DNA of 64,000 nt from the human T2T-CHM13v2.0 reference genome, Homo sapiens (GCF_009914755.1 NC_060927.1); one strand, 5' to 3'. Shown: positions 11,831-28,733, counted from the stretch's first letter. Made by a program: numbers and translations. Notes: generated by a model not told the origin, from the letters alone.

Positions 11831-12379
11831 GCAGCATCTGCAAAGAAGGATGCCATGTATTCTACTTTCTTAGTTTATTCCCTTATTTTGGTGAAGGTTA
11901 TTTTTCAGCATCTGTCTAGAAAACAGTGCATGGGAAATAAATTTTTTGAATCTTTACATGCTTGAAAATGCCTTTACTTTATTCTTACATTTGATTGATA
12001 ATTTGTCTAGAATAGTGTATAGATGGAGGAGCCAAGATGGCCGAATAGGAACAGCTCTGGTCTACAGCTCCCAGCGTGAGCGACGCAGAAGACAGCTTTG
12101 AAGAGAGCAGTGGTTCTCCCAGCATGCAGCTGGAGATCTGAGAACGGGCAGACTGCCTCCTCAAGTGGGTTCCTGACCCCTGACCCCTGAGCAGCCTAAC
12201 TGGGAGGCACCCCCCAGCAGAGGCAGACTGCCACCTCACAAGGCCGGGTACTCCTACAGACCTGCAGCTGAGGGTCCTGTCTGTTAGAAGGAAAACTAAC
12301 AAACAGAAAGGACATCCACACCAAAAACCCATCTGTACATCACCATCATCAAAGACCAAAAGTAGATAAAACCACAAAG

Positions 12380-13443
12380 ATGGGGGAAAAACAGAGCAGA
12401 AAAACTGGAAACTCTAAAAAGCAGAGCGCCTCTCCTCCTCCAAAGAAACGCCGTTCCTCACCAGCAACGGAACAAAGCTGGACGGAGAATGACTTTGACG
12501 AGCTGAGAGAAGAAGGCTTCAGACGATCAAATTACTCCGAGCTAGGGCAGGACATTCAAACCAAAGGCAAAGAAGTTGAAAACTTTGAAAAAAATTTAGA
12601 AGAATGTATAACTAGAATAACCAATACAGAGAAGTGCTTAAAGGAGCTGATGGAGCTGAAAACCAAGGCTCAAGAACTACGTGAAGAATGCAGAAGCCTC
12701 AGGAGCCGATGCGATCAACTGGAAGAAAGGGTATCAGCAATGGAAGATGAAATGAATGAAATGAAGCGAGAAGGGAAGTTAGGGAAAAAAGAATAAAAAG
12801 AAACGAGCAAAGCCTCCAAGAAATATGGGACTATGTGAAAAGACCAAATCTACGTCTGATTGGTGTACCTGAACGTGATGGGGAGAATGGAACCAAGTTG
12901 GAAAACACTCTGCAGGATATTATCCAGGAGAACTTCCCCAATCTAGCAAGGCAGGCCAACGTTCAGATTCAGGAAATACAGAGAATGCCACAAAGATACT
13001 CCTCGAGAAGAGCAACTCCAAGACACATAATTGTCAGATTCACCAAAGTTGAAATGAAGGAAAAAACGTTAAGGGCAGCCAGAGAGAAAGGTCGGGTTAC
13101 CCTCAAAGGGAAGCCCATCAGACTAACAGCAGATCTCTTGGCAGAAACTCTACAAGCCAGAAGAGAGTGGGGGCCAATATTCAACATTCTTAAAGAAAAG
13201 AATTTTCAGCCCAGAATTTCATATCCAGCCAAACTAAACTTCACAAGTGAAGGAGAAATAAAATACTTTACAGACAAGCAAATGCTGAGAGATTTTCTCA
13301 CCACCAGGCCTGCCCTAAAAGAGCTCCTGAAGGAAGCACTAAACATGGAAAGGAACAACCGGTACCAGCCGCTGCAAAATCATGCCAAAATGAAAAGACC
13401 ATCGAGACTAGGAAGAAACTGCGTCAACGAAAGAGCAAAATAA
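12380..13443 (+). pseudogene. L1 ORF1p (RNA-binding chaperone), frameshifted near 12780 with normal stop lost
   Basis: ORFs 12380-12796 and 12835-13443 translate to ORF1p (MGEKQSRKTGNSK..., KRPNLRLIGVPE..., REKG, YPAKL). Confidence 0.95.
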
Positions 13444-13458
13444 CCAGCTAACATCATA

Positions 13459-17266
<3,808 letters not shown>

Positions 17267-17542
17267 AAGGAGAACACATGGACACAGGAAGGGGAACATC
17301 ACACTCTGGGGACTGTTGTGGGGTGGGGGGAAGGGGGAGGGATAGCACCGGGAAATATACCTAATGGTAGATGATGAGTTAGTGGGTGCAGTGCACCAGC
17401 ATGGCACATGTATACCTATGTAACTAACCTGCACATTGTGCACATGTACCCTAAAACTTAAAGTATAATAATAAAAAAAAGAAAAATAAATAAAATAAAA
17501 TATTTGCCTGAACTACTGAAAAAAAATAGTGTATAGATATCA

Positions 17543-18014
17543 TTTGGCTGGAATAGTGGCCACTGAATACCTCTCAGTCATCCTTTCTATACTTTTATGG
17601 TTCCCTATTTTGTGAGTTCTGTCTTTCCAAGGTGTGATGCAGAATATACTTTTCACGAGCCTCCTTTGCAACTATTGTGCAGTTATGTGACTTCAGCCAA
17701 TAAGACAAACTATATACACGATTTCCACTAAGAAACACATAGCTTGAGCTTTGAAAGGGGCAACAGTTTTGCTGGTGAAGATTCAGTGGCAGCAGTTTTA
17801 TAGGTGCTGGTAGCAAGAATAGTTGTGATGAATTCTAGTGCAAGGTCGGTGGAGGAATAAAGTTTTCTCACTAGCGTGGTCCTGCAGCATGGCTCTGGGC
17901 CTTGGCACTGGAAGCCTGATCTTGAGTTTATTTCTCCAGCCCTCCCAAAGAGTCTATATTAATTTCTCATGGCTTACAGTGTGCATTTCTTTGTTTGCAA
18001 CTAAGGCTGATACA
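17543..18014 (+). mobile_element. LTR33/LTR41-like ERVL solo LTR
   Basis: 'gcctcctttgcaact...atgtgacttcagccaat'; ends 'gtttgcaactaaggctgataca'. Confidence 0.5.
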
Positions 18015-18127
18015 GCTAGCATAGAATTCTAGACTGAGAATAATTTTGCATCAAAAGTTGAGAGATTTTGCTCCATTATCTTCAAATATCCAGTGCTGCC
18101 ATTATCATGAGATGCCCATTATTTTCT

Positions 18128-18487
18128 TTTTTAAAATTTTTATTTTACTTTAAGTTTTGGGATACATGTGCAGAATGTGCAAGTTTGTTACATAGGTATA
18201 CATGTGCCATGGTGGTTTGCTGCACCTATCAACCTGTCTTCTAGGTTTTAAGCCCTGCATGCAGTACGTATTTGTCCTACTGCTTTCCCTCCCCTTTCCC
18301 CCAAACCCCTGACTGGTGTCGGTGATGTTCCCTTCCCTGTGTCCATGTGTTCTCATTGTTCAACTCCCACTTATGAGTAAGAACAGGCGGTGTTTGGTTT
18401 TCTGTTCCTGTGTTAGTATGCTGAGAATGATGGCTCCCAGCTTCATCCATGTTCCTGCAAAGGACATGAACTCATTCTTTTTTTGTG
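18128..18487 (-). mobile_element. L1PA8-like 3' fragment
   Basis: 3'UTR motif 'ctaggttttaagccctgcatgc'; perfect 17-bp TSD gatgcccattattttct. Confidence 0.9.
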
Positions 18488-18885
18488 GATGCCCATTATT
18501 TTCTAAGGGTCTGTTTATGTCTGTCTGTCTGTCTCTCTCTCTCTCTGTGTATATATCTTGTAAGCTTTCAAATTCTTCTCTTAACTTGATAACATTTCTT
18601 ATGATGTTTCCAATTGTGGTTTTCTTTCATTTATTGTGCTAGGCATTCTGGAGCACTTTCCTTCTGGAAAATTATTTCCTTCACTTCAGGGAAACCTAAT
18701 CTATTTTAAAATAATATCAATATTCAGGTTTTCTGGAACTCCTATTAGATGTTGGAAAGCTGGGTGCAATTCTCTAATTTTGTTATTGTGTCTTTGTTAT
18801 TTTCTATCTTGTTTTACATTTTAGTTTACTTTCCTGGATTTCTCAACTTGAACTGCCATCCCTGCTTTTGATTTTTAAAAATTGT

Positions 18886-19615
<730 letters not shown>

Positions 19616-19979
19616 TGGTTGACTTCAAAAGCTGAGCTTCTAGGGATTTTGTTGGATAAATTAACTAGCTTAGTTTTGGTATCCTCTGCAATTAATGCAG
19701 GCTTTAACTTTCTGTATTCTGATATGTCAGTTATCACTCTTCCATCTATTTTTTTCTGCTCTCAAATATTTGTCGAAATAATTCCGCTCACTATTGCCTC
19801 TTCTTTCATTCTCTATGTTATGGGTTGATAACATTTTCGTTTCTCAATTGTCATTTGGGTATAATTTTGGAAGGGTTAAAAATATAAATGTATGGTAATC
19901 CTATATGTAATTTAAAAGTCTTATTTAATTTTTTAAACAATGACAAAGAAATTTATTGAGGAACTCTAGTGTCAGCCTT

Positions 19980-20150
19980 TAAAATAATGAAATGATCAAC
20001 TCATCACACCTATGAAGGAGGTATGATTGTCCCTTCGACGCTTGAGAGAATGACATTCAGAGAGGTTAAATAGGTTTTCTAGAGTCTTATTCACTTACCA
20101 GGTGGCAAAGCAAAAATTTAAGTTCAGACCAGTCTGATTCTGAAGGCCAT
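19980..20150. mobile_element. MIR SINE fragment
   Basis: 'cagagaggttaaata...ggtggcaaagc...cagaccagtctgattc'. Confidence 0.6.
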
Positions 20151-20396
20151 GCTAAGACTAATATAGCTTAGTACATTGAGTATCTGACACACCACAAGTT
20201 CTCAATGATGGCAACTATTGAGGATGTGAACTCACAAGCATAGTATTCTATGTTTTAGATAGATTTTATTTCTAGGATGAGTAGGGTAATAAGATTGTCC
20301 TTATACACAGCACATAATTTAGGTCTAAGAATGCTAAGAATATATGCTAAGAATGCTACCTATATATAAGTGTGTATATATACTTACATATATATA

Positions 20397-20481
20397 CCTC
20401 CAGAACTGTAAGATAAGTTTTTGTGTTATTTAGACAGTAATTTGTGATAATTTGTTACAGTAGCAATAAGAAATGAATGCA
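20397..20481 (+). mobile_element. MLT1 MaLR LTR 3' terminal fragment
   Basis: 'cctccagaactgtaagataa...aatttgttacagtagcaataagaaatgaatgca'. Confidence 0.7.
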
Positions 20482-20517
20482 CTTATTAAATAAAGCTCTC
20501 CCTGTCTTGCACGTGCT

Positions 20518-20550
20518 CTTTCTCTCTCTCTGTCTCTGTCTCTCTCTCTG

Positions 20551-20581
<31 letters not shown>

Positions 20582-20588
20582 GTGTGTG
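20518..20588. repeat. (TC)n(TG)n microsatellite
   Basis: Directly visible. Confidence 0.95.
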
Positions 20589-21103
20589 TAACTTACCAGA
20601 TGAAAAGGGTGGTTAATACTTACTTGGGAGCATATGCAGAAAGGAATATGAATGGTGAAATAGTAACCACAGAGGTGGAAGGCGTCTTGGAAAGGAAGGA
20701 ATAATTGGAACTGCAAACGCACTGCTTTGTGGTCAGGGTGGGAGGGAATCCATGTTCATCTCGGACTCAGACAGGACAGTGACTCTTCTTGTCCCAAGAA
20801 GTTTTAAATGCCCCTAATTTTGCTACCATAAGCAGAGTGCACAGGCCCTGTCACAGGACACTCAAGCTACAGAGAAGAACTGAAGCACTTAAGACATAAG
20901 CAAAATCCAATTCTAGTGGAATGAGAGAGTTAGGACCTGGTGTTGTTCTTTGTTTATGGGAAGGAACAAATCTTCATAGTGTCACCTGATGAACACTGTT
21001 TCTAAAGTGACTCTTATCCATCACAGGAGTTGGGACTGGAAGTTAGGTGGGAGGAGATCACAGGTAGCACCAGTAGGGAAGTGAGACACTAGGGGGGAAA
21101 AGC

Positions 21104-21808
21104 AGCTATAGTTTGAATGTCCCTGCCAAAACTCACATTGAAATTTAGGCTGGGTGAAGTGGCTCACACCTGTAATCCCACCACTTTGGGAGGCTGAGGC
21201 AGGAGGATCATTTGAGGCCAGGAGTTAAAGATCAGCCTGGGCAACATAGTGAGACTACCATCTCTACAAAACATTTAAAAGAAAATAGTGAGATGTGGTG
21301 GCTCACACCTATAGCCTCAGCTACTCAGGAAGTTGAGGCAGGAGGATCCCTTGAGCCCAGGAGTTTAAGACTGCAATGAGCTCTGATTGTGCCACTGTAC
21401 TCCAGCCTGGGTAAGAGAGAAAGACCCTGTCTCTAAAAAAAAAAAATAAATAAAAATAAATAAATAAAAAAAGAAATTTGCCATTTGTAACAGTATTAAG
21501 AGGTGGAGTCTTAAAGAGGTGGTATTGGGTCATGAGGGCTCTGCTCTCATAAATGGATTAATGCTGTTATCATAGGAGTGGGTTAGTTATCTTGGTAAAA
21601 GGATCAGTTCACTCCTCCCCATTTGTTCTCTGTCTCTGGTGCTCACTTCTGCCTCTTGCCTTCCACATAGATTGACCCTTGCCAGACGTCAACATCATGC
21701 TCTTGAACTTCCTAGCCTCCAGAACTGTGTGAAATACATTTCTTTTTTTAAAAATAAATTACTCAGTATATGGTATTCTGTTATAGCAGCAGAAAATGGA
21801 TGTAGACA
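21104..21808 (+). mobile_element. MST-family (MSTD-like) MaLR solo LTR, interrupted by an Alu and inserted in an LTR16-like relic (~21030-22100)
   Basis: 'gctatagtttgaatgtccc...' to 'gttatagcagcagaaaatggatgtagaca'; TSD aaagc/gaagc. Confidence 0.8.
21148..21472 (+). mobile_element. AluJ
   Basis: Diverged dimeric Alu with J-type 'ggaggatc...ttgagcccaggagttt'; TSD gaaattt. Confidence 0.92.
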
Positions 21809-22106
21809 GAAGCCAATATTCTAATGAGAAGATTACCACCATGAGAAAGTGGAGCTTAGGCCTGCTGGAGATTTCTAAGAGTCAGTGCGGGACAAATCTC
21901 ACAACTGTCTCTCTGATGAGTGAAGAAGCTGTGATACTTATTCATGAGCTCCCCTTTGCAGTGGTTGGGTGTTGTTATAGGCACTTCAACTTTCTGCCAT
22001 CTGTGGACTCACCTATGCATTGGCTGAACATTCACTGGCAAGTATGTAAAGCCTTCTGTAAAGATCTACAGATGCTTGAAGTAAGAAGCCTTCAACAGGT
22101 ATGGAG

Positions 22107-24698
22107 CCTATTGACACTATTTCAAAGATAGAGAAAGAAGGAATCCTCCCTAAATCATCCTATGAAGCCAGTATCACCATATTACCAAAACTGGGAAAGG
22201 ACATAACAACAAAAAAAGAAACTACCTTCCAGAACTGCCAGATGCTGACATCTGGCAAGGGTCAATCTATGTGGAAGGCAAGAGGATAAACATAGATGCA
22301 AAAATCCTCAACAAAATACTAGCTAATCGAATCCAACAGCATATCAAGAAGATAATCCGCCATGATGAAGTGGGTTTCATACCAGTGATGCAGGGATGGT
22401 TTAACAACACAAGTCAATAAATGTGAAATACCACATAAAGAATAAAAAAAAAACACATGATCATCTCAATATATGAAGAAAAAACATTTGACAAAATCCA
22501 GCATCTCTTTATAACAACTCTCAGCAAAATCAGCATAGACAGGATGTACCTTAATGTAATAAATGCCATCTATGACAAACCCACAGCCAACATAATACTG
22601 AATGAGGAAAAGTTGAAAGCATTCCCCCTGAGAACTGGAACAAGACAACAATGCTCACTTTCACCATTTCTATTCAAAATAGTACTGGATGTCCTAGCTA
22701 GAACAATCAGACAAGAGAAAGAAAGAAAGGGCATCCGAACTGGAAAAGAAGTCAAACTGTAGCTGTTCACTGATGACATGATCATATACCTAGAAAACCC
22801 TAAAGGCTCACCCAAAAAGCTCCTAGAACTGGTAAATGAATTCAGCAACATTTCAGGATACAAAATTAATGTACACAAGTCAGTAACTTTGTTATACACC
22901 AATGGCAACCAAGCTGAGAGTCAAATCAAGAACTCAATCTTTTTTACAATAGTCGAAAAAAACAAAATACTTAGGAATATACTTAACCAAGGAGGTGAAA
23001 GACTCTCTACAAATTAAACTACAAGACACTGCTGAAAAAAATTATAGATGACACAAACAAATGGAAACATATTCCATGCTCATGGATAGATAGAATCAAT
23101 AGTGTGAAAATGACCATACTGCCAAAATCAACTTACAAATTCAATTCAATTCCCATCGAAATACCACGATCATTCTTCACAGAACTAGAAAAAAAATCCT
23201 AAAATTCATATGGAACCAAGAAGGGCCCAAAGGAAGATGAAGCAAAAAGAACAAATCTGGAGGCATTACATTATCCAACTTCAAACTATACTAGTCACCA
23301 AAACAGCATGGAACTGGTATAAAAATAGGCACATAGACCAATGGAACAGAATAGAGAACCCAGAAATCAACCCAAATACTTACGGCCAACTTATCTTCGA
23401 GAAAGCAAACAAAAACATAAAATGGGGAAAGGACACCCTGTTCAACAAATGGTGCTGGGATAACTGGCAAGCCACATGTGGAAGAATAAACCTGGATCCT
23501 CATCTCTCACGTTATGCAAAAATCAACTCAAGATGGATTAAAGACTTAAATTCAAGACTTGAAACCATAATAATTCTGGAAGATACCATTGGAAAACTTC
23601 TAAACATTGGCTTAGGCAAAGACTTCATGACCAAGAACTCAAAAACAAATCCAACAAAACCAAAGATAAATACATGGGACTTAATTAAACTAAAAAGCTT
23701 CTGCACGGCAAAAGAAATAATCAGCAGAGTTAACAGGCAACCCATAGAGTGGGAGAAACTCTTCACAATCTTTACATCTGACAAAGGGCTAATATCTAGA
23801 ATCTACAATGAACTCAAGCAAATCAGCAAAACCAAAAAAACCCAAAAAATCGGATCAAAAAGTGAGCTAAGGACATGACTAGACAATTTGCAAAAGATGT
23901 ACAAATGGCTGATGAACATATGAAAAAATACTCAACATCCTTAATTATCAGAGAAATACAAATAAAAATCACAGTGTGAAAAAGTCTTACTCCTGCAAGA
24001 ATGGACATAATCAAAAAATTAAAAAACAATAGATTTTGATGTGCATGTGGTGAAAAGGGAACACTTTTACACTGTTGGTGGGTATATAAACTAGTACAAC
24101 CACTATGGAAAACAATGTGGAGATTCTTTAAGGAACTAAAAGTGGATGTACCATTTGATTCAGCAATTCCACTACTGGGTATCTACCCAGAGGCAAAGGA
24201 GTCATTATACAAAAAAGATACTTGCATACGCATGTTTATAGCAACACAATTCGTAATTGCAAAAATATGGAACCAGCCCAAATGCCCATCAATCAATGAG
24301 TGGATAAAGAAACTGTGGTATACATATACCATGGCATACTACTCAGCCATAAAAAACAGTAAAATAATGGTATTCACAGCAACCTGGATGGAATTGAAGA
24401 CCATTATTCTAAGTGAAGTAACTCAAGAATGGAAAACCAAACAATGAATGTTCTCACTCGTAAGTGGCAGCAAAGCTGTGAGGACATAAAGGCATAAGAA
24501 TGATATGTGACGGACTTTGGGGACTTGGGGGGAAAGGTGGGAGGGGGTTGAGGGATAAAAGACTACACATTGGGTTCAGACTACACACTGCTCAGGAGAT
24601 AGGTATGCCAAAATCTCAGAAATCACCAATAAAGAACTTATTCGTGTAATAAAATGCCATCTGTTTCTCAAAAACCTATTGAAAATAAATAAATAAAA
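22107..24698 (+). mobile_element. L1PB-like 5'-truncated LINE-1 (RT region to 3' end), decayed
   Basis: ORF2 fragments in the ORF track (22457, 22778, 23210, 24115); L1PB-type 3'UTR 'aaaatctcagaaatcaccaataaagaactt'. Confidence 0.92.
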
Positions 24699-26706
24699 CT
24701 ACACTCAAGTAATATCTTGGGTAACAGAGCATATCACAGATAAACTGAAAGCCCAGTGCCTGTTTAACTGAATTTTTCAACAAGCTAAAAGACAAAACAA
24801 AACAAAACAGGCATGGAAATGGTGGAAGTCAAGAATTTATATTCTTCTATGATAGCAGAGTACACCATGGTTTAGAGAATATGGAATGTATGGCTTAAGA
24901 GTCCGTGATTACATAGAATTGCATCAGCAAGATCTAGAAAAAGAAAAATTAGACTGGCTAGAATGGAAACGATTTTTATTGGCCACACTGATTAATAGTT
25001 ACTAATTTCCTGGAGAAGAGGGATTTGGAGTTGACATTAAAAAATTTACGTTCTTTTTGCATAGCACATCTATATTTATATAGTAATCTGCGTGGATACG
25101 TATATGAAGACTCCAGTGTGAGTATTGCAGCCAATATATCAGGTACTCAAAGGAGCCAAACAAGATAAATAACACTAATTGTACATCCAACAAGGTTTAT
25201 TGTGTTATGGATGTGTACCACAATACATTTTACTTTCTTTTTCTAAAAACAAAACAAAAAAATCAAAGTCCCAGTAGGCACAGTTCCCAATGTATGTAAA
25301 TTGCAGAAGCACAACATGTGGTTGAGGATCCAGGTCAAGGAACTGGTCTTACCCTTTTTCATCCCCTGTAGGCAGAACAGTTGGGAGTATCATCTACATG
25401 CACTAAGAACTATCATTTAAAGTAATAGCAATCTCAGATTACACAAGTTCACAGCGGGCTTAACTAACCATGGCAGATGTAATGGCTCAGAAATAAACAC
25501 TGTAAAAATAAATCAAAAAGCAAACATTTGGATATATTTCTGTTCTTAACTTACATTTGAAGACTATAGTCAATTATAAACTGAGATCTAGCAAAATGTA
25601 GATTAAAAACTTTCTTTTTATATGTTATATTCTTTGATCTTTTACAAAGGGGCATTAAAAAGAAAAAGAAAAACTAAAACTCTAGCATTAGAACAAGATG
25701 AGGGTTCAAATGCTTTTGTTCTAACATCTATTAGGTTTGATCTTGACCAAGTTATTTGAGTCTCAATTCTTTCATCTGTCAAATATGGATGATGCCTTCC
25801 CCAAGTAGTTTTAGTGAGGAGAAACTGGATTAATACATAGTCTTTTCATTGTAGATTTTGAATTGAATGTTCACCCCCATTTCTCCTTATTTACTCTTGG
25901 GCTTTCTCAAGTAGAAGGGGTATTTACATTATTGTAATTAAGTTCAAAATTATTTACTGATACTCTTTTGAGTTCTAGTTACTGTACTAGCTACTGTTGA
26001 CACCAAAAGAAAATAGAACACAGATTCTGTCTTTGAGTAGCTCAAAATCTGGTGTAGGTATAGACTAAATCAATTCAGTACCTTGTGCTATATGCTATAA
26101 GAAATAAAAGGGAAAAGAGGAAGCTCAAGAAGATGAAAAGTTATATTTGAACTGTGCTTTAAGAATAAATACAGTTCATCATTTTATAGGAGGAGAGAGT
26201 TAGGGTACTATAAGCAGAAGGATCTAGTATGAATTATGTTTCAAGTGCTTTTACATGTGGCAGCCTGAATAACATACAGAACAAACAGTTGTTACAGGTT
26301 TTGGGAAGTTTACCTTCATAAACTATATCCTGAATCCTTTTGTAGAAAAATCAGCACTTGGTTTTCATAACTGTTATATGGCTGACTTGACTGATCTTTT
26401 TGCTGAATATTATTTTGAATGTACTTCAATTATATAGAGAATGCAACATGTCAGAGATACATTTTCAAACAAGTTTAACCACCTAGAATTAGCCACGAAA
26501 CAGGAAATGGTGAAAAACTTCTAGATAGTCTCTTCATAGAAGAAGAGCTATGACAGATCCCATAGGCTGATTTTAAATTTATTTTTAATCATAGAAAGTA
26601 TACCGGTAAATTTATAATGAATAAGTATATAGAGAAAAAATAAAAGTTGAGGTTTTTGGCTAAAGCATAAAACATTCCACACACACACATTTTAACCCAT
26701 GCTCCC

Positions 26707-27127
26707 TGTATTAGTCAGGCTTATCTAGGGGGACAGAACTAGAGTTTATTAAGTGTATTAAGTAGTATTAACTCACATGATCACAAAGTCCCTCAGTAGA
26801 CTGGAAACTGAGGAGCAAGGAAATCAGTCCAAGTCCCAAAGCTGAAGAACTTGGAGTCCGATGTTCGAGGGCAGGAAGCATCCAGCACGAGAGAAAGATG
26901 TAGGCTGGGAGGCTAAGCCGGTCTAGCCTTTTCAGGTTTTTCTGCCTGCTTTGTATTTGCTGGCAGCTGATTAGATGGTGCCCACTCAGATTAAGGGTGG
27001 GTCTGCCTTCCCCAGCCCACTGACTCAAATGTTAATCTCCTTTGGCAACACCCTCACAGACACACCGAGGATCAATACTTTGCATCCTTCAATCCAATCA
27101 AGCTGACACTCAGTATTAAGCATCACA
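26707..27127 (-). repeat. 3' LTR (MLT2A-type)
   Basis: tgtattagtcagg...cagtattaagcatcaca; homologous to 32733-33141. Confidence 0.93.
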
Positions 27128-27588
27128 AATCCATCCCTTGTCAACTTGAACCCATGGACATCTCCTGAGATCATACATAATCTTCAAATAAAGACAATAA
27201 TAAGGTCATAATTACACATAACATAATACAACTATCCTTCTTACAACTAGTAATGCACCAATCGCCAACCCAAATGCTATAACATAATGTTATATGTTAT
27301 AGCATAATAAATCTTATGTCAATAAATCAATAAATCTTATGTCACATAATAAAGGAAAAAGGAAATATGATGAAGATATTTTCTTAGTACAAGTGTATAT
27401 ACATGCACAAACATGTTTTTAACACAAGAAGGAGGAAATACTCATGACAATTATAGTCCTCGTTTCTGCAACTGGTCACAAGCTGGTATTGATGACTACG
27501 TTTTTCTACTACCCATTCTGTATTCCATTTGCCTTCAGCAAGCACCTCAGCAGGTTGTGGTTTTTTCCTGGTGGAGTGACCCAAACGT

Positions 27589-28010
27589 TCATTTCTGAAG
27601 GGTCTGGGCCATTTGTAGACCTGTCTGGATTGAGCTGTTATAGTTTCCCATTATGTTAATCACAGGGCATGGTAATACTAAGAGACGCCCTAATGGATCT
27701 TCTGTATTCCATGCACACTCTTCCTTCCCTCCATTGTGCAGTGGTAGACTGATTTCATCTTGATGATTCGGGTCAATGACCCCAGCCAACACTGTAACTC
27801 CTTTCTTAGCCTGTTGACTTAAAGGTAGGAGGAGCCCAAAGTGTCCAGGTGGCAATCTTAACTTCCAGTTTAATGGAATTGTTGTTGTATCTCTTGGTGG
27901 CAGCATTCCTCCCTCTGGAACTAAGACCTCTAGGCCAGCAGAATTTAATTTTATAGGAACAGGAAGCAAAAATTTTGCTAGTGGATCACTAGGGGTGATG
28001 GTGAGTGGTG
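27589..28010 (-). pseudogene. HERV-L dUTPase domain
   Basis: 'IPLNWKLRLPPGHFGLLLP...GVTVLAGVIDP' lies downstream of integrase, the ERVL arrangement. Confidence 0.85.
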
Positions 28011-28733
28011 CCACTTCCACTTCTACCATTTGATTCCTTGACCCATAAATCCTGGCTATGGGAGAAACAGTAACGTATATTGGATGCTGCTTCAGACCAT
28101 ACACAGTCTTTGGGAGAAGTTGGCTCCAGCCATGCAAAGTATTGTCACCTAGTTGGCATTATAATTGTGACTTCAGAAGGCCAGTCCACTGTTCTATCAA
28201 TCCAGCTTCTTCAGGATGATGGGGAACATGGTAAGACCAATGAATTCCATGAGCATGAGCCCACTGCTACGTCTTTAGCATAAAGTGAGCACTTTGGTCA
28301 GAGGCAATGCTGTGTGGAATACCATGACAGTGGATAAGGCATTCCATGAGTCCACAGATGGTAGTCTTGGCAGAAGCATTGTGTGTGGAATAGACAAACC
28401 CATATCCGGAGTAAGTGTCTATTCCAGTGAGGACACACCTCTGCCCTTTCCGTGATGAAAGAGATCTAATATAATCAACCTGCCACCAGGTAGCTGCCTG
28501 ATCACCCCAAGGAATGGTGCCATATTGAGGGCTCATTGTTGGTCTCTGCTGCTGGCAAATTGGGCACTTAGCAGTGGCTGTAGCCAGGTCAGCCTTGGTG
28601 AGGGGAAGTCCATGTTGCTGAGCCATGCATAACCTCCATCCCTGCCACCATGGCCACTTTGTTCATGGGCCCATTGGGCAATGACAGGGGTGTCTGGGGA
28701 AAGAGGCTGAGTGGTGTGCATGGAATGGGTCAT
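28010..28733 (-). pseudogene. HERV-L integrase, frameshifted
   Basis: HHCC motif (WAHEQSGHGG ... CPIC), WQVDYI, IASDQ. Confidence 0.88.

Noticed and set aside
12085-12105. Canonical SpIRE97/622 call
   Set aside because: Counting from the L1 5' end puts the left breakpoint near position 74, not 97. The expected CCATCTGAG|CTTTG junction is absent.
11985-12377. Antisense 130-aa ORF as L1 ORF0
   Set aside because: ORF0 lies in the 5'UTR segment deleted here. This ORF is a by-product of antisense 5'UTR sequence across the junction and has a non-ATG start.
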